DNA from: Octopus vulgaris
Lineage: Eukaryota
DNA length: 64,000 bases
Assembly (NCBI GenBank): GCA_951406725.2
Contig: OX597823.1
Location: 35,464,001-35,528,000 of the forward strand
Direction: 5' to 3'
In this document: one piece after another, positions 1 to 12,744 of the stretch
Layout: each line of letters begins with the position of its first letter
Numbering within the stretch: position 1 is the first letter of the stretch
Notes under the pieces: model-generated
Told to the model about the DNA's origin: nothing
Database searches by the model: none
What the model saw: the letters and a program-made list of their open reading frames with translations, nothing else
Position numbers and translations under genes: made by a program

Positions 1-109
1 TAATTTATTATATTGCTACATTGAGTACTTTTCTTGTTAGATATTTTCTGAAAATCAGTCGCCAATGACTACGCAAAGAAGACAGAATCACAAAACGAAA
101 TCATACCCA

Positions 110-245
110 GATTCCATCTGACATTGACGAAGTATTATAGAAGCCTAAAACTCAAAAAGACAGAATTTCACGAAAATAGACCTTAAACACCTTGGAGCTG
201 AAGGAATAATTGCACTCACCAGTATGTACGCCTACGAACAATGTA
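110..245 (+). mobile_element. Possible degraded LINE (I/Jockey-like) fragment upstream of an RT domain
   Basis: Reads LKHLGAEGIIALTSMY, resembling the 'LKHLG..AI..LT..FN' stretch preceding non-LTR RT domains; short and broken. Confidence 0.25.
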
Positions 246-775
246 AAATTTCTTGAATTTAGAAACTAGAAAAATTATATGTTGAAATTCCCTGAAAATC
301 CAAACTAAACTCACATCCCATACCCATTCCGGGCCGATTAAAAGATGCGAAGATCTCAAAATTTCCCAAAATGGATACTAAAGCGCATGTATTGCAAATC
401 TTGTCCAGTTCACGTCTATTTATACACTTCACTTCCAAGGCTCATATCGTGGTGAAAAGTGAAGGAGGGGAAAACAGAATCAGATTATTTACCCATTTAG
501 TAGTTCCGAAGACCGGACAACTCGATCTTGATTGAATTTTGAGTTTCCTTTGACAAGCCAAGAGCTGGCCCTCGGATTTCCACATTAAGGAAATCTTCAT
601 CAAAAATTTATGTCTCCGAGTGCTGCCATATTAATTTTTAATGTTTCGGTACTTTGAAAGTTTTGGCACCTGAATGTTTTCCATTTTTTATTTATATTCC
701 TTATCAGCACAAAGTTTGGGGCAGGTGTGCTTCCTTGGTGTTGATAATAGACTTTCCAATACCATCTGATAAGAT

Positions 776-1066
776 GTGGGTACCAAACAAACTGAGAAAT
801 ATCAGGAACTAGCCAGGGAGAGGAAGAGATGGTGGAAGAATAAGATGACAATCATTTCTGCGGTAAGTGGTGAGATTGGCATTACACACAAACGGCTATC
901 TAAGAGGCTTAGGGATACTGGAGTCAAGACTTGTATTGGTAAACTGCAAAAGTGCAATCCTGTATTCTGCAAAAATCCTGAAAAAGATTCAAGAAATTTG
1001 TGAAGACTTCTCACAAAACCTTGACAAAAAAAACCAGGTAAAGGATGATGATGATGATAATAATAA
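776..1066 (+). mobile_element. 3' end of R4/Dong-clade LINE (restriction-like endonuclease C-terminus) with (TGA/TAA)n tail
   Basis: ORF 776-1003 EKYQELARERKRWWKNKMTIISAVSGEIG...LQK matches the REL C-terminal 'K.EKY..LA.E....W....IP...G.LG' pattern; followed by gatgatgatgataataataa. Confidence 0.7.
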
Positions 1067-1600
1067 ATGCCCTGATGCAGTACCAGCCATTGGCTCTCAT
1101 GGGTTCTGATCTTTATTGATCTTTACGTTATCATGTACATGTTTTGTCTTGGTATGAAAAAAAAAAGCTGGGCTACAGCACATATTCTGCTCAATACCAC
1201 AGATTTGCTTGACCTTAACCAGTTGAGTATGCCCCTTAGTAGCTGAGGATATGTGCATCCCTGATCACAAGTAGAAATAGTGGGGGAGCCCAATAGCCAT
1301 GTGTTGAGAGGAATTGGGATGGTTAAATAATTATCCCCAGGAAACAGGTGTTTTTTGTTCCATATCCTTAAACAGTCCTTATTCATGGGCTTCTCGATCT
1401 GAAAACATTCTTACTGGGCCCCATCTGCAAGGTCATGCGCTATTTATCTTGATATGAAAACACCATGACGCACACATATGGTTGTGTTGCATGTGCCTGG
1501 TGAACCGTTATCAAACAGGTAGTGATGATGGATGTATTGGGTTTCGTATATTTGTACCGCAGTGTCACTTTGGTGGTATGCACTGCTCTCTCACTCACTA

Positions 1601-1643
<43 letters not shown>

Positions 1644-2110
1644 CATCATGCCCTGATGCAGTACCGGGCAGTGGCTCCCGTGGCTTCTGATCTTAACTGA
1701 TTGGAAGTGCTATCATGTACATTGCTTTGTTAAGGTATAAAAGATGGGCTACAGCAAATATTCTGCTCAATACCACATATTTGCTTGTCAGTTGTTTGAC
1801 CTTAATCAGTTGACCATGTCCCTTAGTGGCTGACGATATGTGCATCTCTGTTCATGAGCAGAAGTAGTGGGGGAGCATCATAGCCATGTGTTGAGAGGGA
1901 TTCTTTGGGGTTTGAATAATTCACCTCTGGAAACATGGGTGTTTCGTTGAACGTCCTTAAACAACCTTTTGAGCGAGATGGGTTACTCGACCAGAAGAAA
2001 ATTCTAACTGGGCCCTACCTGCAAGGTCATGAGCTGTTTATCTTGATATGGGATCACCATGTCGCGCACATATGGTTGTGATGCATGTGCCTAGTGTATC
2101 TTATCAGAAG
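1067..2110. repeat. Two diverged tandem copies (~1067-1600, ~1649-2110) of a ~530-bp non-coding interspersed repeat separated by (TAA)n
   Basis: Both start tgccctgatgcagtacc and share tattctgctcaataccaca, tagccatgtgttgagag, cacatatggttgtg; TAA tracts flank the first copy. Confidence 0.8.
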
Positions 2111-2620
2111 GATGTCTTCAGAAATAATAGACTCATAGATACTGAAGTAATCGTGATTAAGCACGCAGTGGAAAATGACCTAAATATAAGACATGAAAAA
2201 CGAAGAATCAGATGAAGACGGTACACGCAAAGGTCTGAAGAAATAAAACATTCTAATGAACCTGATAAAGATAACCAGGATAATGGTAGTGAAGCAATAT
2301 TTGAAGACTATGCTGAAGAACATAGAGAGTCCATCATAAAAATGAATCAGAAAATAAAATTCTGAATGAGCTTGTAGTTGTAAGACATACATGTATGAGT
2401 CATAGAGAACTACCTCATAAATTCTCGAATACAAACCAAAATAAAAAAAAACAAAAACAAATTAAAATTGGCAAGTATGTAACAAAAGACATCATACAAG
2501 AATAAAACCTTGATCTTATTGAGTTAAATGAAATGATTTATGCATCTGCTAAAGTAATTGAAAATAGTTGTTTGCTTCGAAAAACAAAGAAAATCTAACT
2601 TGGGAAGAAAGCCACGCTGA
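2110..2620 (+). mobile_element. R4/Dong LINE N-terminal fragment
   Basis: RNNRLIDTEV near 2120 and DLIELNEMIYASAKVIE near 2513 parallel the Dong fragments at 37438-37680 and ~61210. Confidence 0.5.
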
Positions 2621-3650
2621 AAAAAGCCACACTTGAGCTACGAATGCGTGTGGCCTAGCAATTAGGTTGTTCGGCTCATAAGTTCGTTAGTTCAGTTAGT
2701 AACGCGAGAAGCACGTTATTTCCTTGAGCAAGGAACTTTATTTCATATGTCTTCCATCCACTAGGCTGTAATGAGTGCCGGCCTGGAGCTGATGCAGCCC
2801 TTTCTCTATCTATCACATCCTGGATGTTCTACTAGGTCAAGAGTGAGGGTATAGAGGGGTGTCTATGTTTGCCTTCTATGACCTACATGCTTAAAGCAAT
2901 TAGTGAAAGTATGGTGCATGTTACCAAGCAATGCACTTATCCAGCTGACTTACTCATGCATGTGAAACTTTTTACTCTCACATTTGATAAAATTTACTCA
3001 GTGGACACATCCCATTTCATACACCTATTCCACTTTAATTAACATCTGGACAATGTTTGGAACAAGAAATACCACACCCCTCAGAAGATTACAACTATCA
3101 ATCGCATTTTTACTAAAATGAAAAACAATGTAGTTTACATCAGTTTTTACTCCGTTGGTCGATTTAGTTTGATATATAGTGCAAGCAATGGATAATGTAT
3201 GGGGTATTTTCTTTGTCCTTGCTGAATATTGAAGATGCACATGTAAACGACGTACAACACATAATTGCGAAGTATATGTATAAACGAAAGAAAATATATT
3301 GGAATAGCAAAGCTTATTAGATACTTCTCTTTACTGGTGTAATTAATGTGACAGAAAACAATCGATAAAACAGTTTTCTTGGCACAAGACTGCTAATTCT
3401 ACTGACGGAATTGCTTTGTTGTGGCCGAAATGTTACCAGTGTCGGCAGGGAAAGAGGTAGTGAGGGTATGATCACTAATTAATTCATCATCAAATTCTAA
3501 AAGTAAACAATTTAACAACCAATCTATTAGTCTGATCGATGAATTCAAAGTCTAAGCAGATATCTAAACTCGTGATTGATTTGATCGTGAAGCCGATACC
3601 TTGCTGAAGACAGCTGTATATAACATCACGTACCTTGAATGTATGTATGT

Positions 3651-3708
<58 letters not shown>

Positions 3709-5066
3709 TTGATTAACGAGAGACGGAAGATGGAAGGTACGAGAATTTTTATTAATCACTATAATTGTTTCAACTCATCCATCCCTCACGAGTGGAATAA
3801 TTAACATCTTGTTCAGGAGCGTCCACTCTCTTCGAGTGATCTAACTCGTTAAAATAACAGCTCCGCAGAGTATCTTCTCAGTTCATGTAAAGAAAAACAG
3901 AAACTTAAAGGATATAGCCTCATTTATGAAGAAAATCAATATGTGACTCATGAGTGCGTTAAAAGATTATCATTAACTATCATACTCGTGTCGTCAAAAA
4001 TACCGACAGTTTTATTAAAGACGGAAAACCAACACAATGGGAAAAACCATAGACATATGTCAGTAATCTAGTAAATATGTGTATATACACAGAATTGAAG
4101 AATCAGATACTGTTATACTGTCGCATATTTATATGATCCAGCAACAGCTTTTTAAATATTATTTATATAATATTATATTTGGAGACGTCATTTGTTTGCC
4201 AATAAACATACGCACTATATATTCGTTTTCCACTTAAAATTTATTTTATTACTGTTCACATTGTATGTCCTTTGCCTGAAAATCTTTCGTCACACATCCT
4301 TCAGTGACTCTCGTTCCCACGTCTCTCCTCTCGTTCTGTTTAGTCCATTTTATCTTTCTATGTCTCCATATCTGCGCATGCGTTTGCGTCTGTATCTTTG
4401 TATGTACGTGCGCGAGCGCATGTACGCCTGTCTATGTGTTCTGTATGTTTGTTTCTTTTGTGTATATCGATTTGCTTGCTACAGTGTTTGTATCTGCGTC
4501 CCTTATTTAGTTTTTATCATTTATTTACTTATTTATCTCTCTATTTTCCCTTCCTCTTCGACTTAGGTTATGTGTATGTGTGCCTTTTGTGTGTGTATAT
4601 GAGTTTATGTATTATACGGTTTGAATCTGTCTTTTCCTCCATTCCAATTTTAGTCGTCATGTTTCATAGTGTAGCGGTGGGAGTGGTACTGTTCCATTAT
4701 TGTTTTTTGTTGAGGCTCGGTCAGTCTATTACTATGTGTGCCACCTCTGTATTGTGTCTAAGTGTCGTGTCTGTTCCATACGTTGATAATATCTCAATAT
4801 CTATGTAATTAACCGAGCCTCTATATTTACCTGTCTAGGAACATAGCCTTCGCAAATTCTGAAAAATATTATGGACTGTATATTTAATAAAATGTATATG
4901 TCTGAATAGCTCAAGACCGGATAATATACTCACCTGGGTCTAATTGTCTGCACGCACTGCAGGAATATCATTCTGCTAGTACTTCTGTACCAAGTTTGAT
5001 ATTTGCATAATATTTTGTGTACATATGGTATTCCGTGCTAACGAAGTGCCTCAACTGAATCTTTTA

Positions 5067-5124
<58 letters not shown>

Positions 5125-5338
5125 ATGTCTTTGTGTCTGTGTTTTTCTTCCCATCACCACTCGACAGCCGATGTTGGTGTGTTTACATCCCCGTTAGCAT
5201 GGGGTTCGGCGAAAGAAACCAAGAGAATAAGTATTAGGCTTAAAAAATAAGTCATGGGGTCGATTTGCTCGACTAAAACCCTTCAAAGCGGTGCTCCAAC
5301 ATGGTTGCAGTCAACTAGTTGAAACAAGTGAAAGAATA
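5125..5338 (+). mobile_element. 3' half of tRNA-derived SINE family A
   Basis: gttggtgtgtttacatcccc...ggggtcgatttgctcgactaaa...gcggtgctccaacatgg matches the 3' half of copies at 13200-13380 and 19930-20094. Confidence 0.75.
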
Positions 5339-5342
5339 TAAC

Positions 5343-5395
<53 letters not shown>

Positions 5396-5422
5396 ACACA
5401 CATATGTATATATATATATATA

Positions 5423-5496
5423 TGGCCGGATAACTGAAGAGATGGCGGCGTGGATTTCCACCTCGGCATCCGAAACTCGGAGTTTTATCATGGCTA
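5423..5496 (+). ncRNA. Type I hammerhead ribozyme, near-complete
   Basis: Stem I GATAA(5429-33)/TTATC(5485-89), extended by TGGCC/GGCTA; core CTGAAGA 5434-40; stem II GATG..GTGG-ATTT-CCAC..CATC with one bulged C; GAAA 5472-75; stem III ACT-CGG-AGT; predicted cleavage GUU after 5484. Confidence 0.8.
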
Positions 5497-5549
5497 CCCA
5501 ATAATTGTCACATATTACATTTACATGTGTATGTGTGTGTGCGCGCGTG

Positions 5550-5580
<31 letters not shown>

Positions 5581-6829
5581 GTATTGAGACTATCCCCCTC
5601 CCCCAAAATCCCGGGCCTTGTGCCTTTAGTAGAAAAGATTATTTTATCAGGCTACATTTTGAAATATTGAATTTAAGTTACAACCAAATGAAAACAATTC
5701 TGAAATTTTAAGCATATTCTGGTTCAAGAGAGTGCGGTGTTTACATGCTGCCATTCTACAATCTAGAAAACAGGAGTTGGCCATGCGAGAAAACAAAACA
5801 ATTATTTTCGTTTTTATTAGATAGGTGTGAAATTGCTGCAAATTTAAAATAATCTGTTGCGCATGTCAAAAAAAGAAATTACGCCAAAATTTTAAATCAA
5901 ATTCTGATAAAAAAAATACTCAACAAAACATTTCTTTTTTAAAGGAGTCATGTTCTCTAAAATATATTCTTTATAGTCATCAGTATTTTTTATATCTTTT
6001 CTTTCTGCTATTACATACCAATATTTTTGTTACATTACAGAACTAAATAACTGATATTGATTTTTCAATGATATCTGAATGAACAGGAATAAATGCAGTA
6101 CATACATTACAATACAACAAATTGGTGATCAAACAGGATTTTAATGGAAAATATTGTTCATTATATATATTTTTTTGCAATGAATCTTCTCAGCGTTATA
6201 AAGATAACATATGAATTAGTAATCCATCTTTGTGATTGATGGTTTCAGTTATTTCAGTCAGTTATTCTGACTTACATTTATTCCGTTTACCTTCTCAAAC
6301 TAAAACAAACAATTAGCTTCTTTCTTCTCAAATCTTTCCTTCAAAACATGTACTTTACCAAAAAGACTTCTTCACCACGAGATTTCAACAATATTAATTA
6401 TCAAATAGCGTTCAAAATGTACTATTTCAGCAGAGATGGCAACTGATAGTATTTATAGATGTTATACTGATTTGTGACATTGGTGAAATATCGTAGATTG
6501 GGGTGGAAGGTTTAATTTAATTGACTTTGCATTAAGTGACACTGACAGCATCTAAACTTAGGCCGAAAATTGACGTAAATGAATAGAGCAAAAGGTTTTG
6601 TCGACACTACCAAATTTGCCAAACCATATATCTTTTTATATACGCTATTTTGATTATTTCTCATAGGTACAAAACTTCAATACTGATTACATTGACCCCA
6701 AAGATACTTTCTTTTGGCGACCTTGGAGAAAGAAAGTTGACATGGTGAGATTCAAGCTAAAAATGTGATCTTATCTTTGCAAGCTCTGCTGGTTTTGCCA
6801 ATGCATCAGCTTATATTTTTTCCTTTTAA

Positions 6830-7033
6830 GTATAGGTACAAAGCTAAAAATTTGGGGAGAGGGGGATAGTCGATTACATTGACCCTAGTGTTTCACTGAT
6901 ACTTTTTTATTGACCCCGAAAAAATGGAAATTAAAATAGATATCGGCGGAATTCGAACTCAGAAAGTAACACAGGAAGAAATTCCGCTAAATATTTCTCT
7001 CCGGTGAAGTAATACATCTGCCAAGTCGCTGCC
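6830..7033 (-). mobile_element. tRNA-derived SINE family B (Meta-domain-like core)
   Basis: Reverse strand has ggcagcgacttggcaga head, ctgagttcgaattccgcc B-box and ttcggggtcaataaa core; further degraded copies at ~6660-6810 and ~7060-7170. Confidence 0.7.
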
Positions 7034-7606
7034 TTAATACTCATATTAAGTTAACTGTTTCTAATTTGAGCATACAGACCAGCAGGCCTGATGGGAAGGG
7101 TTAGTCGATCAAATCTACTCCAGGTTTTGACACAGACTTTATTTTGTTGACCCCCACCCAAAATGGAGAACACTCAATTCGAGTTCTCTAAATTTGATTC
7201 TGTTTCAAGGTGAACACACACATCGCCCGGTCTGAGATTCGAAACCTCGACCGTGAGTTCGCTGCTGTAACCACTAGGCCATGTGCCTCCACTACATTAG
7301 CTGTAACACATAGAAATTGCATATTTTAAATGTAATTCATGAAAATTATATATGGCAGTCTTTGGGTAAGTGTAAATGGAGTAATTAGAAGATATATCAA
7401 TAATGATTACGTTAATATTTTAAAGCGGAATTTTTTTGTATTTTATGGCTAAAGACAGTAAGTTTTCCGAGTTGCCTAGATATCGTTTACACTTCATTGT
7501 ATAAACATATTTACACATTTATCCCGTCGTTTTTATTGTAAACGTAAGTTGTGAGTTCAAAATAAAGTGAGCAATCCCATAAATCTAATATCATTTTTAT
7601 AGCTTA

Positions 7607-8412
7607 CTAGCAAACGTATCCGGCGTTGTTGGGTTAAGAAAAGAATGAAATTTCATTCTAAACTTGATATATTTTCTTAATATTTATTGTAATTAGTGAT
7701 TCTAACATTACTGGCATAACAAATTCTGTGGGATCAACAATAATAATAAACTTGAAACAGGAAGTACATACAAGCAAATTATAATAAAACTTCTTTATAT
7801 AAAATACTAGCAAATGCACCCATCCTTTCGACTGTTTAAGTTGCTTTGGTGGTATTTGTTCCACCAAATAATTGAACTATAGAGAAGGTTTATGAGTAGC
7901 ACAATAATCTATGTTCCCGATTAACATAGGAACGGAAAATCAAATTGAAGGTTGGTCATAGCGGAGGTCGTTGCACTTTAATGATCATAGACTATATAAG
8001 TTTGCAAGCGATGCAAAGTAAAGTTATTGAAGTGCTTCGGGAGTAGATTACGGATAATGACTACAAAATATAATTGTTTTACATGAAAGCAAAATTTCTT
8101 GTCAGAAACAGCCACATAAATGGTGTAATGAAATTGAAGGAAGACGTTGGAACTTCTCCTCAGCGAATTTTTTTTTTTGAACAGCAAAGGGAGCTATTTC
8201 TTCGGAGATATAAGATAACAAAAGCCCCTTCATTATGTCTTCCCACATAGCCTGCTCATTAACTAACAGCAAATGGTGCATAAATTTAAATTGATATGGA
8301 GCTTTCTGAAAGATACGTATAGGTTTCGCTAGTGGAAGCAAAACTCTTATTTAAATGTTGTTTCTTTGGGATGAGTCATTTGTGATTGTTTACAAAAGGC
8401 TAGAACAACATT

Positions 8413-8473
<61 letters not shown>

Positions 8474-9850
8474 CTTCAATTTTATAGATATTAGATTATG
8501 CGTTTCTTTTCTCAATGGAGTATAATTAAAAACATTTTTTGGACGTCCAACATGTGAGCGTCCAATATGCAATTGTTCATGAGAGAAACAAGGCTCCTAC
8601 TAATTGCAAACCACTTACTAATAATGTTTGTAGATGGACATTGCAAAATTTAATCTAATTGGAAACTGTGGCCTTCTAAACTGTACTGGTAAGTCAGAAA
8701 CTATTAACGGAATTCTTGAAATGAATTTAGTATCACAAGCATAACACCCAGAAAATATTGTAGCTTCTATAGCACACAATATTTTCTTCTCAATAAGCCT
8801 TGTTCCATTGCACAATTTTGGAGGGTCTAAATTTCTTAGAAGTATTATCTAAATTTCTTAGAAGCACTATGATAAATGCTCCAAGTTTCAAGTCAAGTTT
8901 ATTACAAGATAAAGCTGGTGATAAGTTTAAAAACTCGACTGGATAATTTACTATTTCTAATTGATCAACAACAGATTCAATAGATCTTTATGATTGGCAA
9001 TTCCCAGGAAGGCATATTAGCAGAGCTAAGTTAATTGCATTCAGTGTTATATTCTTCGGAGCGAGAATTGACCTTTCACTCAACCGTTTGTGATCTTTGT
9101 AAGGTGCACACAGAGGTTTGGCAAGACTTGGTTGATGAATTCTCTTTCTGATTTCACCATTCTGCAAGTAGTTGATTAATTTCATTGTCTACAGGTACTC
9201 TTCCTTCTCTCCTCTCAAAAGTTCTGGATGCTCAGTAATAGTTTCAACTTGATCTTTCTATTTGAATAGCACCATACCAATTTTTTCTTGTTCATTGATG
9301 AAATTTGAATTAAAGGTTCTAGATCTTAGTCTTGATGTGGATTATAATTAAAAGCAGGAAAATTCCACTCAACAACCTTTTTAAATCGCAATTCTTCTGT
9401 TCTTGCTCTCTGTTCACATAGCCTTTAATTATTTGAGCTTCAGCTTCTTCAAGCCGCCTTTGAGCTGCTCCATTTTTCTTCATTTGCAGTTTTGGATGTG
9501 TTTCTTGCTTATGATTCTACATCATGATAATTTGTCTTCTTAATCCTATTATCAGTAAGTCTCTGGTAGCATTGCTCATCTGATTCATCATGTTGATTCT
9601 GTGCACTTCTTATTCTTGTTCATGAAGTATTGGTGCTCTTTGTACATCTGATTAATCTTGTCGATTCTGTGCTCTGCTAATTCTTAGTTCTTGAAACCTT
9701 GATGATTTATTTTGTTGATTCTGTTCGTCGCTTATTCTTTCTTCTTGAAGTTTTGATGTTCTCAGTACATTTCATTCAAGTTCTGTTCTGTGTAGTTCTA
9801 ATTCTTTGGTATTGATCTATGATCTTCGCACATCTAATTCTTCTTGATGA
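7607..9850 (-). mobile_element. Internally deleted Helitron (RepHel pseudogene, PIF1-like helicase C-terminus) with 3' hairpin-CTAG end
   Basis: CNGTRL...IEATI...ISRIPLIVSDLPVQFRRPQFPIRLNFAMSI (8618-8815); PCFSHEQLHIGRSHVG (~8540-8595); ERSILAPKN...AIN...LPG (8988-9185); 3' end cccaacaacgccggatacgtttgCTAG|T at 7607. Confidence 0.85.
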
Positions 9851-9861
9851 ATAGTTGTATA

Positions 9862-10143
9862 TGGCTGTGTGGGAAGTAGCTTGCTTACCAACCATATGGT
9901 CCTGGGTTCAGCCCCACTGTGTGGCACCTTAGACAAGTGTATTCTGCTATAGCTTTGGGCCGACCAAAGCCTTGTGAGTGAATATCGAAGACGGAAACTG
10001 AAAGAAGCCTGTCATAACTGATGCTGGTGTGTTTATGTGCCCGTAACTTAACAGTTCGCCCTAAGAAACCGATAGACTAAGTACTAGACTGGGGTCGATT
10101 TCTTCGACTAAAACCCCTAATGACTAAAGCAAGTAAAAAATAC
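9862..10143 (+). mobile_element. tRNA-derived SINE family A
   Basis: tggctgtgtgggaagtagcttgc A-box region, gggttcagccc B-box, ccttagacaagtgt core, ggggtcgatttcttcgactaaa tail. Confidence 0.8.
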
Positions 10144-10280
10144 ATGAATAAAAGAATATATATATATATAATCAAAATAAGCAACATATACATAGTGTGT
10201 GTGTGTGCGTGCGCGTGAATTTGTGTTTGTCTCCCCTCCTACTGTTGGACGACCGATGTTTGTTTGTACTATATATATAT

Positions 10281-11095
10281 GAAGTATTATTATCGCTATA
10301 AACAGTAATAATGAGGTGGCTAGCAAGATTTCTACCTATACAGGTAGAATATAAAATAATTGAAGAAAATAAGGGCAAAAAATACCTTTCGCTAAAAATC
10401 AAAGCGACAGCTTCAAAAAACCACCATCAATTTTACGATAAATACAAACATGAGCAAAGCAATGAACATTTTAAAAAATAGGCTTAGCTTCAGAATGCAG
10501 TACGAAGATAAATAATATATATCCCAATATCAATTGATTTCATGCTCTGCATGACAAATATGCTCTGCAATCATCAGTTGGAAATAGTATTTCACATATA
10601 TTTCTAAAATATTCACTACGTCAACTCGTGTGCGTTTCTAACTTTAAACGTCCCACTCCGTTTAAAAAGAAACTATCGTAAACAATAAGAATGCAAATAT
10701 GTGAAGTATTATTACCATTATAAACAGTAATAGTGATGTGTCTAGCAACATTTCTACCTACACAGGTACAATATAAAATAATTGAAGAAAAGAAGAGTAA
10801 AAAAAATACGCCTTGCTAAAAAGAAAAGCGACAGCTTCAAAAAAGCCTCCATCAATTTTACGATAAATACACACAAGAGCAATGCAATGAACATTTAAAA
10901 AAAATAAGCTTTCAGAATGGAATACGAAGATAAATAATACATATCCCAATATCAATTGATAAAGTAAGCCTATTTTATAAAAATGCTCATTGCATTACTC
11001 GTGTGTGTATCTATCGTAAAATTGATGGTTTTTTGATGCTGTCGCTTTGATTTTTAGCAAGCGGTATTTTTACCCTTCTTTTCTTGAATTATCTT
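10281..11095. repeat. Direct repeat (10281-10538 / 10703-10960, period ~422 bp) followed by an inverted partial copy (~10962-11095): Penelope pLTR-like arrangement
   Basis: gaagtattatta...aaagcgacagcttcaaaaaa...atcccaatatcaattgat occurs twice; tcgtaaaattgatgg...gctgtcgctttgatttttagc is its reverse complement. Confidence 0.85.
10522..10583 (-). ncRNA. Type I hammerhead ribozyme with palindromic stem III
   Basis: Minus strand: TTCCAA-CTGATGA-TTGCAGAGCAT..ATGCAGAGCAT-GAAA-TCAATTGA-TA-TTGGGA; AUA cleavage triplet; 10.1-11.1 pair is U.U (non-canonical). Confidence 0.7.
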
Positions 11096-11719
11096 ATATA
11101 TATATATATTTATTTACCGGAATATTATGTTGATAAAGAAAATGGATCTTATGATTCTAATCCAGAAACGTACACTTGCGTCAGAAATTAATTAGCACTT
11201 CTCAAATTTCTACATTAAATAGGTTAAATCAATTAACCTATGAGCTGTTCAAAACGTCTTACGCGATGAGAAAACTTAGTATGGTGTGATTTCGGTCCTT
11301 GCGAGGCGCTACCTATATCTATTAAACAAAGGAAGATTTGTCTGCATCCGCACTCCAAGTTGTTGTTGCACTGCTATGTCAACATCATAAGGCTGTAGAC
11401 TCTCAAACTGCTCTGCAAACAAAGTTACGTCATCGTTCTGCGCAACAGTGAACACGCAACAAAGCAATAATTCGAGATATGGCCACTAGGTGACAGCACA
11501 TACCTTGAGTGAAGAGCAAATCAAGGGTGCTAATTAATTTCTGACGGTAGTATACGTCTATAATTAACCGAGGACTGTTTGATTTCATTACTTTTCTTCT
11601 TTTTTTTTGCCATATGTGAGTTTCAAATATTGTCTGTGGAGACATATTTTTATAGAAAAAGGAAATAGTAGTCCTTTGGCTGCTATTTCTAAAATTTTCG
11701 GCATGTGGTCATGCAACTT

Positions 11720-12369
11720 GTTGCAAACCCTTATTGAAGTTCCCTTCTCGAGTGTGGTTGAGCCTTTTCCCTTTTACCAATCCACTGTTTACGACGTTTA
11801 ACATTTCGATAGAAGATCCATTTTTCATCACCAGTCACAAAGAGGGTGAAATGAGGTCGCGAGAATGGTGAGAAGAGCAGATGCCAACTCGGGATTTGCG
11901 GTTGCTTTCGGACAATTCATAAGGTACGTATTTTCCATGTTTAGGAACCTTTCCAAGTTGTTGAAGATGACGATGAACAGTTGTATGGTTTGAACTAAGC
12001 TTTAGTGCCAATTGTTCAACTGATAATGCAGGATTATCTTCAAGTAATGCCTCAAGGAGCTTATCATCAAACTCAACTGGATGTCCTTTTCCATGTCCTG
12101 AGTATATGTTTCGAGTCGCTTCGGCTCCAGAGTTTCCTTTTTGTACTTATAAAGCATTATGTGCCTCAAATGCTCTTTGGATACGTCCATGTTAGAAAGG
12201 GTTTTAATCAAAGAAATTTTAATTCTACTATTCTGTAAAATAATATTTATTTAGTTGAAATGTACACAAATGCATAAAAATAATTTTTAATTCCATTAGA
12301 CAATCTAAAACACTACTAAATTTCATTCAATTTTAAAAAGGGTAAAATCGGACAGAACTTATGGATGAC

Positions 12370-12373
<4 letters not shown>
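11720..12373 (-). mobile_element. Mariner transposon, 5' half (TIR plus truncated transposase pseudogene)
   Basis: TIR-like ttaggtcatccataagttctgtccgatttt abutting (TA)n; MDVSKEHLRHIMLYKYKK N-terminus; KYVPYEL (WVPHEL-like); LVTGDEKWIFY first catalytic Asp. Confidence 0.8.
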
Positions 12374-12423
<50 letters not shown>

Positions 12424-12463
12424 CGTATGTATATATATATATATATATGTGTGTGTGTGCGTG

Positions 12464-12495
<32 letters not shown>

Positions 12496-12509
12496 TATAT
12501 ATATATGTA

Positions 12510-12540
<31 letters not shown>

Positions 12541-12553
12541 GCATATATGTATG

Positions 12554-12612
<59 letters not shown>

Positions 12613-12615
12613 TTG

Positions 12616-12650
<35 letters not shown>

Positions 12651-12652
12651 GC

Positions 12653-12694
<42 letters not shown>

Positions 12695-12711
12695 TTGTGT
12701 GTGTGTGCGTG

Positions 12712-12738
<27 letters not shown>
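12374..12738. repeat. Compound (TA)n/(TG)n microsatellite with a roughly 55-60 bp higher-order unit
   Basis: Alternating (TA)n, tgtatg and (TG)n blocks repeated about six times. Confidence 0.95.
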
Positions 12739-12742
<4 letters not shown>

Positions 12743-12744
12743 AA

